NCBI GenBank assembly: GCA_964016885.1
Contig: OZ024749.1
Location: 54,684,001-54,748,000 of the forward strand
Direction of reading: 5' to 3'
Source: Eledone cirrhosa
Lineage: Eukaryota
DNA length: 64,000 nt
The position numbers and the translations under genes were made by a program. The notes below the pieces were generated by a model. The model searched no databases, had not been told where the DNA came from, and worked only from the letters and a program-made list of their open reading frames with translations. The first letter of the stretch is position 1, and each line of letters starts with the position of its first letter. Below are positions 42,168 to 56,986 of this stretch, in pieces.

Positions 42168-42595
42168 AACGAGTAGGACCCCGACGGCCGCACGGAAACC
42201 CTAGACCCACGGACACCCTACTTCACACTGAAGGACCACAAGTCCGATTACGACCGTAAACCTTCTATCAGGCTTATAAACCCAACGAAGTCCGACATAG
42301 GGAGAATCAGCAAATAAATCCTAGACCGCGTTATACCAGCTTGAGCTCAGCCGTCGGGGTCCTACTCGTTCCTATTACCCACTCTACTACCCTAAGTATT
42401 GAGTACTTTGGTGCGTTATGGTCCACCTGGTTCCTTACCACATTTCCTTCGTTATATATATATATATATGTCGAGATGGCCAGAGCTCAGCCGTCGGGGT
42501 CCTTATTCTTTTCCTATTACCCACTCTACTACCCTAAATATTGAGTACTCTGGTGCGTTATAGTCCACCTGGTATCTTACCAAACCCTCTTCGTT
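42163..42595 (+). mobile_element. GC-rich (TA)n-embedded element (family H5) with 26-bp perfect inverted repeat and tandem 3' duplicate
   Basis: 42163-42188 is the reverse complement of 42350-42375; 42343-42453 is repeated at 42484-42595; inverted relative at 45951-46050. Confidence 0.75.
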
Positions 42596-42957
42596 ATATA
42601 TATATATGTGTGTGTGTGTGAGATAAAATAAAGTACCAGTCCTGTACTGGGGTCAATTCTTCCTCTATATCTCTTTCTCACCTCCTCTCTCTCATTCTCT
42701 ATCCTTTACTGGAAGAAATCTCCTGTACTCAGGTCTGGAGAGGGGATGGGGTCCCCCAGATTTTACAATGCACTGGAAGGTCCCTAGGATTCCATCAGGA
42801 GTTACAGGACTAAAGAGAGAGTAAAGAGATTCTCTATATTTTCCCTCTCTCTCACCCTCTACTTTAATCCCCCCCCTCTTAATCTTTATTACCTTTCTCT
42901 TCCAATTGTTTTACTTCTTATCTCTTTCACATTTCTTACTCTCTCTAACATGTTTTC

Positions 42958-43170
42958 CCTCTCACTCTCTCTTTACTACCTTCTAGATCTCTCCCCCTCT
43001 CCCTCTCAGTCTCCCTCTCTCACTCTCTCTCTTTACCACCTCTAGATCTCTCCCCCTCTCCCTCTCAGTCCCCCTCTCTCACTCTCTCTCTTTACCACCT
43101 TATAGATCTCTCTCACTCTCTCTCTCAGTCCCCCTCTCTCACTCTCTCTCTTTACCACTTTCTAGATATC
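42958..43170. repeat. ~60-bp CT-rich tandem repeat (3.5-4 units)
   Basis: cactctctctctttaccacc..tagatctctc..ctctcagtccccctctc repeated. Confidence 0.85.
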
Positions 43171-43477
43171 TCTTCCTCATCCTCTCCCTCTCTCTCTCAT
43201 CATGACATTTTTACTTTCCTTTTCTAAATGTTTGACCCCTCCTCCTATTTTTACTTTCCTTTTCTAAATGTTTGACCCCTCCTCCTATTCCCCTCACCTT
43301 AACACTACTACTCTCTATCCTCCCCCTCTCTTTATCCTATACTTTATCTTTCTCCCCAGTCCATTTACTCTCACAATTCCCATTCATTGATTCATCTTTA
43401 AATTTCTCTATTTTTCCTTCTTTATCTTCTCCCTTTTTTCATTTATTCTTTCGCTTTCTTTCTCCCTTGTATCTCTC

Positions 43478-43590
<113 letters not shown>

Positions 43591-43780
43591 TCTGAACTAC
43601 GTCAAAATATTCCTATACAAAATCTTCGTTGTTGTAATATGAAACAAGAAACCATTCCTCCTCTCTCTCTCCTCTCTCTCTTTCTCTGTCTATCTCTGTG
43701 TCTGTATATCACTCTCTCTATCTGTCTGTATATCACTCTCTCTATCTGTCTGTATCTCTCTCTCTCTATCTGTCTGTATG

Positions 43781-43847
<67 letters not shown>

Positions 43848-44295
43848 TCTGAACTACGTCCAAATATTCTTATAAAAAATCTTTGTTGTAATATTAAAAA
43901 GAAGAAATCCTTCCTCCTCCCTCCTCTCTCCTCTCCCCTCCCCTCACCCTGCTGTTTCCTCCTCCCCCTCACCTATCTCTACTATCTCCCCTCCCCCCTC
44001 ACCTCTCTCTGCTATCATGCTATCAACTTAACTCTGCTTCTTGAACTCTGGTTCAAATTTGACAATTATTTTCAGGATACTGAGCGGGATGGGTTGAAGG
44101 TTGGGAGAAGAAAAAAAAGGGGGCAGGAATCTTATGCATGCCACGCCCCACCACCTACCCCTAACCACATGTCACCTCCTACCCTCAGCTTCCCACCCCA
44201 CACCCCACACATCTTGAAGGATTTTAAACGATCTTTTACTTGCAGAACGTTTCCATTCTTTTGTCTCTGCATATTATAGTTGTCAATTCTGTAAA

Positions 44296-44562
44296 GTAGT
44301 AGTTGTTATTGTTGTTGATATGGTTGTTGTTGTAGTTGTTGTGGTTGTTGTTGTAGTTGTTGTGGTTGTTGTTGTTGTGGTTGTTTTGGTTGTTGTTGTA
44401 GTTGTTGTGGTTGCTGTTTTTGTTGTTGTTGTTCTGGTTATTATTATAATTGTGGTCGTTTTGGTGGCTGTTGTTTTGTTGTTGTTGTGGTGGTTGTTGT
44501 TTTGTTGTTGTTGTGGTGGTTGTTGTTTTGTTGTTGTTGTGGTGGCTGTTGTTTTGTTGTTG
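44296..44562. repeat. (GTT/GTG)n tract
   Basis: Direct reading. Confidence 0.92.
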
Positions 44563-44684
44563 CTTTTGTATATGATGTTTTATTTTATTTTGCATTTTTT
44601 CAATTTTCCTACACACACATGATACACACACACACACACACACATATATATAAATATTTTATATAGATATATATATATATATAG

Positions 44685-44739
<55 letters not shown>

Positions 44740-44750
44740 TAGATATATAG

Positions 44751-44788
<38 letters not shown>

Positions 44789-45269
44789 GATATACATAAA
44801 TCCATATATACCTACGCACACACGGATATATAAGTGTACATAGATGTATATAAATGTATGTGTGTATGTGTATGTCTATTTATCTATATATTTCATATGA
44901 GTAGTAGTTCATTGTGTTAGCAATGTATTTATTTATTTTTTTAGGGCAAAGAGTTTAGAAAAGGAGAGGGATGTGATTTGGGGTGGCGGGTGGTGGTTTA
45001 ATTCATTTGTGCGACCACTAATGCTTCTTAGAAGCAACATACCTTACAGTGTTTTCGGTTTGTCTGTAATTACACGTGTCTCTTTTGATGTGAATATACA
45101 CTTGTCTTCGAGAAAATTGGATATCATTACTGCCAATCAATAGAAATTCATTTGGAAAAGTACATTATTATTATTATCAGTTCCACTCTCTATTCATAGC
45201 AGTTTCCTTCTTACACCCAATACTCCATCATCCGTACTTCACTTCTATTTCCATATCCGTCTCCCCCCC

Positions 45270-45376
<107 letters not shown>

Positions 45377-45391
45377 CATATATATATATAC

Positions 45392-45471
<80 letters not shown>

Positions 45472-45472
45472 C

Positions 45473-45607
<135 letters not shown>

Positions 45608-45691
45608 CATATATATATATACATATATATATATACATATATATATGTATATATATATACATATATATGTATATATATATATATATATATA

Positions 45692-45801
<110 letters not shown>

Positions 45802-45876
45802 CGTAATATGTACATTTATCTACTTATCTGCCGAAATATTTATCTATTGATGTATTAATATGTGCACCCTCCTCAA

Positions 45877-45950
<74 letters not shown>

Positions 45951-45955
<5 letters not shown>

Positions 45956-46100
45956 GAAGGAAGTGTGGACCATCACGCACCAGAGTACTCGATACTGTAG
46001 TAGAGTGGGTAATAGGAAAAGAGTCAGAACCCCGACGGCAGAGCTCAAGCCGTGTCCAGAAATAGCTGTCGAAATGGCTTGAGCTTTGCCGTGAGGGAAA
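45951..46100 (-). mobile_element. family H5 copy with 17-18 bp hairpin
   Basis: Reverse complement of 42340-42453; acggcagagctcaagcc/ggcttgagctttgccgt inverted repeat at ~46035-46092. Confidence 0.75.
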
Positions 46101-47169
46101 CCATGTCACTTTCGGTTCGCTCCATTAGAAAGGAATCTTGCCCACCTCTCTTCAAATGTTGCCTCTGTTTCACAAATTCATTCCAAGTGAAATCTGCTAG
46201 ACAGATAATACAAGAAGCTGTCGTGTATAAATGTAACAGAATTTCATACTATTTCTCCATGAAATTTAAGTTATATGTACAGATACATAAAGAATACGTG
46301 ATTCACATATGGTATATAACCCAATGTGCAGTTAGATCACTTGCTCGAACAACTGGAGTACTAATCGACGAAACAGACGAAGATCCATGTCGATGTGCAT
46401 GGGTACACGTGCTTGTGTTCATATAGAAGTGAAAGTTACTTATGTTTTATTGTAAATCGGGAGATTTTCGCTGCTTGAGCAATTCTTTTGGTTTTCTTGT
46501 AAACAATTTCAAAAAGAAAGCACAAACGTCATCTTTATACCGAAAGACATTTCATTTGATAAAGGCAAAAGAGTGAAGGAAGTTGCTATTAGGACGTAAC
46601 TTTTTTGCTTTTATTTTCTATATAATTTCAAACAAAACGATAGATTTTTCTTACTAATAGGTATTCCGGAAACCGAACTCTTTCTAAATATTCAATTACT
46701 GACTTGTTCCAGTTGGCCAGTTATATTAATCGAAAACTAAAAGAGAATTTAAAGAATAACTTAGCATCATTCGGAAACTGTTTGATCTACAAGTTTTCTG
46801 AATATTTTCGTTGAAATTAAAAGAACAAAAGTGCAAAGAGAATATGTATGTATCGGCATAAAAAGCTTTACCGCAGTAGTATTGTTCTTGCTTAACGTTA
46901 TATTCAAAAGGCGGGAACTCAACTGAGACGTTTGCGTACTTCAAAGCTAGATCTGTATAAACGTAACTTTAGAAGAAAGAAAAAAATTTCAAAGAAATCA
47001 AGAAACACCATCTAAAGTTATTGTTCTTTACATAGGAATCAAATTCATTAAATAGGTTTTCACTGTGAGATATCTAACAGATTTATCTATGCGTGGGAAG
47101 TAGAAATCTTAGTCAAAGGTTAAATACATGCAAAGAGCAGAAAAAAAAATGACACACAAAAACACAACA

Positions 47170-47212
<43 letters not shown>

Positions 47213-48601
47213 TTTCAGTGGAAAGAAACTGATTTACAAACGAATAAAATACTGATTGCATGTGAAGTGAGTGCACAGTTGATTAAATTTTCCTCAGTAT
47301 ATAGATGATATTTTATCGACCTAAAAGTGATGAAGAAAGTACAGTCTATACAGCCAAGTAAAACTTTGAAAGTCGAATATATGCAACAGAAAGATTTCTG
47401 TTCTCGTTATCAGCACAACACCTTTACATCCTATTCGACTAAATATAAATGGAACACTTATATGTTCATAATATGCTTACTAAGATACGAAATATTTTCG
47501 GCTGTAAAACATTCTGAGATATGTAATAAAACAACCGATAAGTTCAAAAAGTCAATACAATGCAGTAGAAAAATACTGGGTAAAAAACTTTACCTAGTTT
47601 TATTTTATTTGTCATTATTTGCCCTTTCTATTTTTCTATCACATTGTACCGGCTGTTTTAAATTTATCGGTCTTATATTTTTGGGGTGTATTTACACGCA
47701 GTAATGCCTGTAACTGGTCGCATAAAAATTACAGCTAATCTTTATCCATATTACTCCCACAATTTCCAGTGAATAATCTATGCAAAATTTATTATAATAG
47801 ATTTGGCTATTATTTCTAGCAAGACCAGTGACAAAGAAAAGGTACCCTTGTTATTTAGTATCCGAGTCAAACATGAGATTAAGCCTAATATCAAAGATGT
47901 TCCAGTATGATCCATTCATCCCTCTCCTTCTTTTATCTAGAATTACATTATCTAACTTGTGTTACCTTCTCTATTTCTAGCAGTTCAACCGAGCACCGCA
48001 ATGATTCTCGCGTTAACTTAAACTCAAATCTATCTGTTGCTGAGTAATATGATGGGAAATTTGGGCGGGTGGGGTTGGCTCGTTGAATAACTTAAATTTA
48101 AGATTTCTTCAATTCTCGGAAAGACCAGACGTTGAACTCTAGTTCGTATCTTGAACTCAAGATCGCATACGTGCTTACTACAGAGTCACTTGTGTTCTAA
48201 AATGAAATAGAGTTCCATGCCATTTCTCAATAAATGATCAATCATTTTTACAGTAACCTCTCAAATGAAAAATGAAGAAATCGATCATTTCTTTAAGCAA
48301 TCAGTTTGTTCTCGCTAACTCAAAATTTCTAAGTAGAGTATTTGTATAATTTACACAGAATAATGTATCTTTGTAGCCAGAGATTTAAAAAAAAAATATT
48401 TTAACGACTGACAGTGACAGATGATTCCAGATAATTACATCGTTTGTCACACTTCTTCATTCCTCTTTCTATGTCTTGTCTATATTGTCACACCACTTCA
48501 TTCTTGTGTATACGTCTTGTCTATATATATGTGTACCTTCTTCATTTTAGTTTACACTGATTATACAAGGACACTAAACTACAAAAAAGGTGATCTTGTT
48601 T

Positions 48602-48933
48602 TTAATCGATATATTTTACACTGACCTTTCTTTCCTCCACGAAGTGATAGGTCCACAAATTAATCGATATATTTTCCACTGACCTTCCTTTTCTCCGCGA
48701 AGGGTTAGGGTCACAAATTAATCGATATATTTTCTATTGACCTTCCTTTCCTCCACGAGGGTCACAAATTAATCGATATATTTTCTGCTGACCTTCCTTT
48801 CCTTCACGAAGGGTTAGGGTCACAAATTAATCGATATATTTTCCACTGATCTTCTTTTCCTCCACGTTAGGGTCACAAATTAATCGATATATTTTCCACT
48901 GAATCCCCGTTTCCTCCACGTTAGGGTCACAAA
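48602..48933. repeat. 51-58 bp minisatellite, 6 units
   Basis: ttaatcgatatattttccactgaccttcctttcctccacg(aaggg)ttagggtcacaaa starting at 48602, 48660, 48718, 48769, 48827, 48880. Confidence 0.93.
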
Positions 48934-49760
48934 CGATGTCAAATGATAACCGTGACAGTAGCATAATGGGGGGGGGGGGGATTTCATTGGTCAATATGAT
49001 AGCTGTGAGATCAATTTTGTAACTGTGTTATTTCTGTTTACAGGATGGTAACTTGACCAACAAATGTTGACCTGTTATCTGTGATATACTAGGGTCGACT
49101 TTGGTATTATTATAGAAGAACACCCCACTGGATTTCAGTGGGAAAATATTTTTTTTTCACTTGCTATCAACTCAACTAACCTCGAAGATGCTGGCAAACA
49201 ACTATTTCCCCGAAAAATAGAGGGGGTGGGTGGGTTCCCCTTTAGGATAAATTCCCTATCTCCTCGCAGTTTTCACTACGATTTTTTTTTCACGTTTTAT
49301 CAACGAATAGACCCTCCAAACCAGTCTAAAACACTTCCCAAGATCAAACACTGCAGGTTGTCTGTCTCCTAGAAAAAGACTGTTTCTCACATAGGCATTT
49401 GTATGTAGGTTGTTCCAGAGTAAAAATATCCCCCACCACACAAATTCTTCTTATATACTCCTATATACTAAGTAAAAAGTTAAAAACATTCTATATACTG
49501 AAGTTCTGTAAATGTTTTCTAATTCTCGTAGAATACATTTTTCTATTATTTTCTTTAATTTCATAACCGTATTCTTTGCTCGAAGTTTTCCCAATTCTAT
49601 CGTTCAATTTTCTTTTTCTTTGTTATTGTCATTGTGGTTGTTTTTGTTACTATTGATGATGATGATGACATTTGTGGCAGTTACTGATAAATGTTTTATA
49701 TGCAAAGTTAACGTTGAATAAAAGAGGCGAGTATGAGAAAAAGAAAAACTAACAAAAAAG

Positions 49761-49797
<37 letters not shown>

Positions 49798-49831
49798 CAT
49801 ATATGTGTGTATGTATATATATATATATATA

Positions 49832-49932
<101 letters not shown>

Positions 49933-50928
49933 TGTATATATATACATTTTCTTATGCCCCGCTCTTTTATTCAACGTCATATATATATAGATAGATATTT
50001 ATATATCTTGATGATGTTATCGGGGATGTTTTTTTTTGTTGTTGTTGCTTTTTTTCTGGAGGAGGGGGTGTCTTGATCTTGTCGCTTGTGTCGTTGACAA
50101 CGTTGCCATCTCTACTTGCTCTGTTCTGTTCTTATCTTAATGTTGACTGTACAGTGATGACGCGCTGATTGTTCTTGCTTTAGATTTCATACCGATGAAC
50201 AAGTTTAACTTAGGCAAGTCAAGCAAAACAATCATCGCCTGATGAATGGCTTACAACACATTCTGCACAACTTTCAGAATTAATTTTATTTTGCTCTTAT
50301 TTCTATTTTTGATTACACAACATGTTTTTTTTTTGTTTGTGTGTTTTATATATTTTATTATCGTTGATTGATTTTATGTTTTTATATTCTATTTTTTTTA
50401 TTTTAATTTTTATTTTATAAATTTATCTTATATATTTATATTTACAAATCTTTATTTATTTCTTTTGTATTTTTACTTTTCTATTTTTTTATTTTTTATT
50501 TTTTATTCTTAATGTTTCACCTATTACTTCTTTTCTGGCTTTACTTCCTGCCGTGGTTCATTCTTTCCTTGTTTTCTTCTTCTCTCCTACATCCATACAT
50601 TGTGCTTCTTCTTCATCCCTTCCTTTCTTTATTACGTCTTTCCTTCTTTAAACTCTGCATTCCACTATTTATTTATATATTTATTTAATTTTAAAACCTT
50701 TTGTTTTTATTTTGTTTTGCTGTTTTTTTTTGTTTCGCAAATTTCATATTGTTTCCTGATGAGACACGGATATTTTCCGCTTGGATAGGTTCTCTATAGA
50801 GAAATAACTCCGGAGTAATCAGCTGAAGGTAGATATTTACTTTATGCAATGCAGTGAGGCGGTAAAAAATTATCGACGTCACAATTAGCTGTTGTTGTCC
50901 AAAGTAGCGAAATAAATATAAGATAGAA

Positions 50929-50965
<37 letters not shown>

Positions 50966-51368
50966 TACACAGACAGATAGACAGATAGACAGACAGACAA
51001 ACTTACAAATGAACAAACAGAATAACACCTATGTTAAGTAGCTCTAATTAAAGAAGACGAAAACTTAAACTTCGTCTTCATGGTGATGTGTTCAGTATCC
51101 CCCCTCCCCCTCCTCCTTCTCATCATCATCATCAGTATGATCATCACTATCATTGTCATCGTTGTCGTCATCATCGGCGGGACTGAGATCGTGATTGCCA
51201 TCATCATCATTATAATCATCATCAGCAGTACCATCATCATTATCATCATCATCATCAGTATCATTCTCATCAACGCCGTCATCATCAGCGGGACTGTGAT
51301 CGGGTTCGCCATGATGTCAATATTCATCATCATCATCAGCATGTGCAGTAAAAATATCAATGATATTT

Positions 51369-51407
51369 CTGCTGCTGCTACTGTTGCAGCTGCTACTGCT
51401 GCTGCTG

Positions 51408-51456
<49 letters not shown>

Positions 51457-51472
51457 CACCACCACGACCACG

Positions 51473-51548
<76 letters not shown>

Positions 51549-51549
51549 T

Positions 51550-51605
<56 letters not shown>
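51369..51605. repeat. (GCT)/(ACT)n tract, preceded by (ATC)n mosaic at 51120-51340
   Basis: Direct reading. Confidence 0.95.
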
Positions 51606-51922
51606 ATACGTGTACCATTCGTTTCTACTTGGGGTCAAATTTTATACGTTTCGATACTAACACCTAGCTTCATATCCTTATATATTAAAATACCTACGTA
51701 TATACACACAAACCTGTATACATTCCCGCATATACATATGTATACATATGTATACATATGTGTGTGCTGTGAATGTGTTCCAGAGTGTGCATACTTCACC
51801 ATATATACTCCTACATGTATATATGTATATATATGTGAGTGTGTGTGGGGGCGGGATATATTACAGGGCGTACATACTTCACTGTATATACACCTTTTCT
51901 TTGCTTAAACTTTAATCTGTTA

Positions 51923-51972
<50 letters not shown>

Positions 51973-51996
51973 TAACAGATTAAAGTTATATATATA

Positions 51997-52170
51997 TAAA
52001 TCAGGAAAGAAGAGTGACAGGGTTTGCTATACAAAAAAGGTTTTTAATGTCAACACAACTTCCTCACCCTTGACTCTCAACAAATGAACCTAAATCCAAG
52101 AACATTTCAAAATACTACTACAGCAGAACTTTACCTCCCCCCTGTTATAATTGTAGTCAGCATGTTTTCT

Positions 52171-52216
<46 letters not shown>

Positions 52217-53013
52217 CCTCGTTAACCTCTGTATTAACTTGCCCATTATATTGCTACTCTGTTGATGTTGTATTATACATGTATGTTATTGATGATGAGA
52301 AAGCTAGACAACCCTTTCACCTAATATAGACCACACAAATATTACTATCCTCACTATAGTGATACATTCTCCATCTGTCAGATAATAAATGATTCTTACG
52401 GCCACCAGACCTACATTGTTTAAAGCCACCGGCTTATCTTTACACTATATATAATACACCCCATGACAGCTTTTACATGTCAATGTTATACATCTGCCTC
52501 ATGTCAGCTAGTTTTACACGCTAAAATCGTAGATATACTATATTTTCCACCTAGATTGATGTTGTGATTATTTCAAATAATTTATTGCTAGCATTGTTAG
52601 TATTGTTGTTATTGTTCTGATTGAATGCCATTACTACTATATATAGTAGCCATGCCTGTATGTTCCTTTCATTCTCACAAGCTCTGATGAATTGACTGGT
52701 TACAACTTTGTATTGGTGATAGAATGACGCGAAAACAGGCGGGTAGCGATCTCTAGACCTACCAGTTCAGAGAAACAATTGTCAGCAATGAGATTAAAAA
52801 CCTTTTTTGTATAGCAAACCGTGTCACTCGTCTTTCTTGATTTATCATCACTCCAAGTGTTTACAACATAGGAATTACAGCGTACTCGCAACATCACTAT
52901 GGAAACGCCTTGTTGAGTCAAACTTAGCCAAGCGTTGATATCATCCACCACTCGGAGTACCATAACTGGACTACACTTAAGTGGACTACCTATAACAATA
53001 ATCTGTTACCCCG
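51997..53013 (+). mobile_element. decayed 5'-truncated Penelope-like retroelement
   Basis: 52-bp inverted repeat 51997-52048 / 52793-52844; SVDVVLYMYV (52258-) reminiscent of PLE RT motif A; HHR-like CTGATGA...GAAA at 52684-52734; ends in (TA)n. Confidence 0.5.
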
Positions 53014-53439
53014 TATATATATATATATATGAGTGAGTGTAGGGGCGAGATATGTTCCGGGGTGTACATACCTCACTATATATACACCTATTTGTATATA
53101 TATATATATATATATACATATGAGTGAGTGTGGGGCGGTATATGTTCCGGAGTTGACTATATAATTATATTTCTCTAACCAAATATTTAATGTATTCCTA
53201 TCTACACAAATTGTCTATTGTTTGTGCATGATTGGTTTAACACATTTGGTTATATTTACGCATGACACACACACACACTCACACACAGAGATACACAGCA
53301 AACACACATACATGCACATCATGCAACATGCACACACACATTGATACAGGCCACGCATCGCACAGACACACACATTCACAAATGCATCACGCAACACATA
53401 CACACAATCACACAACACAGACAGTTTGACTGACAGATA

Positions 53440-53517
<78 letters not shown>

Positions 53518-53601
53518 AATTGTTACATAAACAGGTAAATAAAACAGATAATGTAATTCAAAACAAGAACGATAAGGGTTGCAATAACATTAGCTATAAC
53601 A

Positions 53602-53679
53602 AGTAGCAGTAGTAGTAGTAGTAGTAGCAGCAGTAGTAGCAGTAGTAGTAGTAGTAGTAGTAGTAGTAGCAGTAGTAGC

Positions 53680-53711
<32 letters not shown>

Positions 53712-54503
53712 CAGCAGCAGTAACAGCAGTAGCATTAATAGCAGCATAGTTGTTGTGGTGATAGTTGTAGTGGTGGTGGTGGTGGGTTAATGGTAGATAA
53801 TGGTTGTTGTGGGTGTTGTAGTTGGTGGTGGTGGTGTGATGATGATGATATTAAGCATGCATTACAAGCATTTCAATAGTTGCAACAAAGCCAACAACAC
53901 CACCACAAGCAACACCAGCCCTACTACCACCAACACCACCAGCAACACCACCAACAACACCACCAACACCACCACCAACAACACCACCCCTACTACCACC
54001 AACAGCAAAACCAGCAACACCACCAACAACACCACCAGTACTACCACCAACACCACTACCACCCAAAACAACACCACAACTACCATCACTACCACCACCA
54101 CCAGCAACAACAACACCACCACCACCACCAACAACAACAACACCACTACCACCAACAACAACAACACCACCACCACCACCAACAACAACAACACCACCAC
54201 CACCAACAACAATAACAACACCACCACCACCATCACCACCACGACCAACAACAACACCACCACCACCAACAACAACAACAACACCACCACCAACAACAAT
54301 AACAACACCACCACCACCAACAACAATAACAACACCACCACCACCACCACCACCACCACCAACAACAACAACACCAACAACAACACCACCACCACCAACA
54401 ACAAAAACACCAACAACAACACCACCACCGCCACCACCACCACCACCACCACCAACACCACCACCACCAACAACAACAACAACACCACCACCCCATCACC
54501 ATC

Positions 54504-54535
<32 letters not shown>

Positions 54536-54848
54536 CACCACCACCAACACCACCACCACCAACACCAACACCACCACCACCAACACCAACACCACCACCA
54601 CCACCAGCAACAACAACAACAACAACACCACCACCAACAACAACACCACCACCACCACCAACACCACCACCACCAACAACAACACCACCACCATCACCAC
54701 CACCACCACCACCACCACCAACAAGAACACCACCAACACCACCACCACCACCACCAACACCACCACCACCAACAACAACACCACCACCACCACCACCACC
54801 ACCAACAACAACACCACCAACACCACCACCACCAACAACAACACCACC

Positions 54849-54879
<31 letters not shown>

Positions 54880-55300
54880 CCACCAACACCACCACCACCA
54901 ACACCACCACCACCACCACCACCAACAACACCACCACCACCAACAACAACAACACCACCACCATCACCACCACCACCACCACCAAGAACACCACCACCAC
55001 CACCACCACCACCACCACCAACAACAACACCACCAACACCACCACCACCAACACCACCACCACCACCACCACCACCAACACCACCACCATCACCACCACC
55101 ACCACCACCAAGAACACCACCAACACCACCACCACCACCACCACCACCACCACCACCAACACCACCACCAACAACAACACCACCACCACCACCACCACCA
55201 CCACCACCACCACCACCACCAACAACAACACCACCAACACCACCACCACCACCAACAACAACACCACCACCACCACCACCACCATCACTAACAACAACAA
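53602..55300. repeat. (AGT)n then ~1.4 kb (AAC/ACC)n mosaic
   Basis: Direct reading; source of the 530-aa T/N/P ORF. Confidence 0.95.
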
Positions 55301-55931
55301 CACAGTTGATAATAATTTCTATAACAAGCGACAAATATTTTTTATTCATCTTTTTACCATGTTTAACGCCAGAAATTTGGAAGAAAAATTAACAAGAACA
55401 ACAACAAGAACAACAACAAATCTATAATAATAAACGGATAGCAACAACAACAACAACAGCAACAGTAATAATAAATACTATTACAACTAATAATAATCGC
55501 AGTAATATTAATATTACTACAACTAATAACAATAATATTTCTGGCGGTAATGATGGTAAAAAGAAAGAGGAGCTAACTCCTTCAAGATTAGATTTGAATT
55601 CATAAATCATTGTCTATTTATTGATCCGATTCTATAACCCAAAGATCATTCCAGAAGACTGCATTTCTAACCCCCACCCCACCCTCTCCAACTGATGTTT
55701 TGAAAATATATATATATATTATATATATATATAAATATATATATATATGTGTGTATGTGTGTGTAGAAAAATGTATAAGAGTTATGAAATAAAATATAAA
55801 TATAGATGTAAACATATAATAAAACATACTTTTAGTGTTCTATATATTCCATATTCTCTGTCTGCTAACCAATTCCTCTGTTTTTCTTTCTCTTCACCTC
55901 CTCCCCATCTCTCTCTGTCTCTCTCTCTGTC

Positions 55932-55985
<54 letters not shown>

Positions 55986-56086
55986 CATATATATATGAGA
56001 GGCTTAACTTGCTTTATATATATATAGGCTTATATATATATATATATGTATATATATTATGTATATATGCACACAAAGCACACTCA

Positions 56087-56139
<53 letters not shown>

Positions 56140-56326
56140 AAAATATATGTATAAAATATATGTATAAAATATATGTATAAAATATACACAAACATATATA
56201 TACATATATACACAAATATATATATATGTATCCAAAAATTCACCAACATCAAGTCTTAACATTTGCTGTTTCGTTATTAATGCTGGAACTAATTTCATTG
56301 CAAACAACTATTGGCTTTGCAGATTT

Positions 56327-56366
<40 letters not shown>

Positions 56367-56710
56367 GTATGTAAATCAATAGACAAACAAAAAATATATA
56401 TCAAAACATGCAGAACATAAAACAAAACAACAACAACACCTACCCAACACAGCATATATATGAGTAAATAAAAATATAAGATAAAGAAAACAATTATATA
56501 AACAGCACGTTAAGACGTTTGTGTGTCGTATAGTTTAATCTGCTGATGGTGATGTTGTGGCATATATGCATGGCTGGCGTTGTGGAATCTCTTAACAAAA
56601 ATAAATACATTTCTAAAATTGTTATCCTAATCAGTGGAAATATCAGACAAAAATAAAATAAAATGAAAACTAAGATAAGATAATTTGACCTGTGACTAGC
56701 GCAGATTGAT

Positions 56711-56741
<31 letters not shown>

Positions 56742-56800
56742 GTATATGTATATGGGAGACAGAGAGAGAGAGCGTGTTATATCATGCAATACGCAATAGT

Positions 56801-56832
<32 letters not shown>

Positions 56833-56841
56833 ATGAGAGAT

Positions 56842-56890
<49 letters not shown>

Positions 56891-56900
56891 AATATATATA

Positions 56901-56986
56901 CAGGGTGTAGCCCTAAGATGTATACGCATTATTATTAGAATGCTGTTGAAGTGTGTATACAGTTATACATATTTTGGAACACCCTA
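56901..56986. mobile_element. short Tc1/mariner-type MITE
   Basis: cagggtgt...gaacacccta termini, TA flanks; shares ttattagaatgNtgttgaagtgtgtata with 59523-59601. Confidence 0.7.

Noticed and set aside
49006-49027. bantam-like tgagatca...aactg
   Set aside because: Only the seed matches; no precursor hairpin
50154-50245. C/D box snoRNA (GTGATGA...CTGA)
   Set aside because: No terminal stem and no recognisable rRNA antisense element
53800-55392. 530-aa Thr/Asn/Pro mucin- or extensin-like ORF
   Set aside because: Made almost wholly of A/C triplets, open on both strands and several frames, no synonymous codon variety or domain
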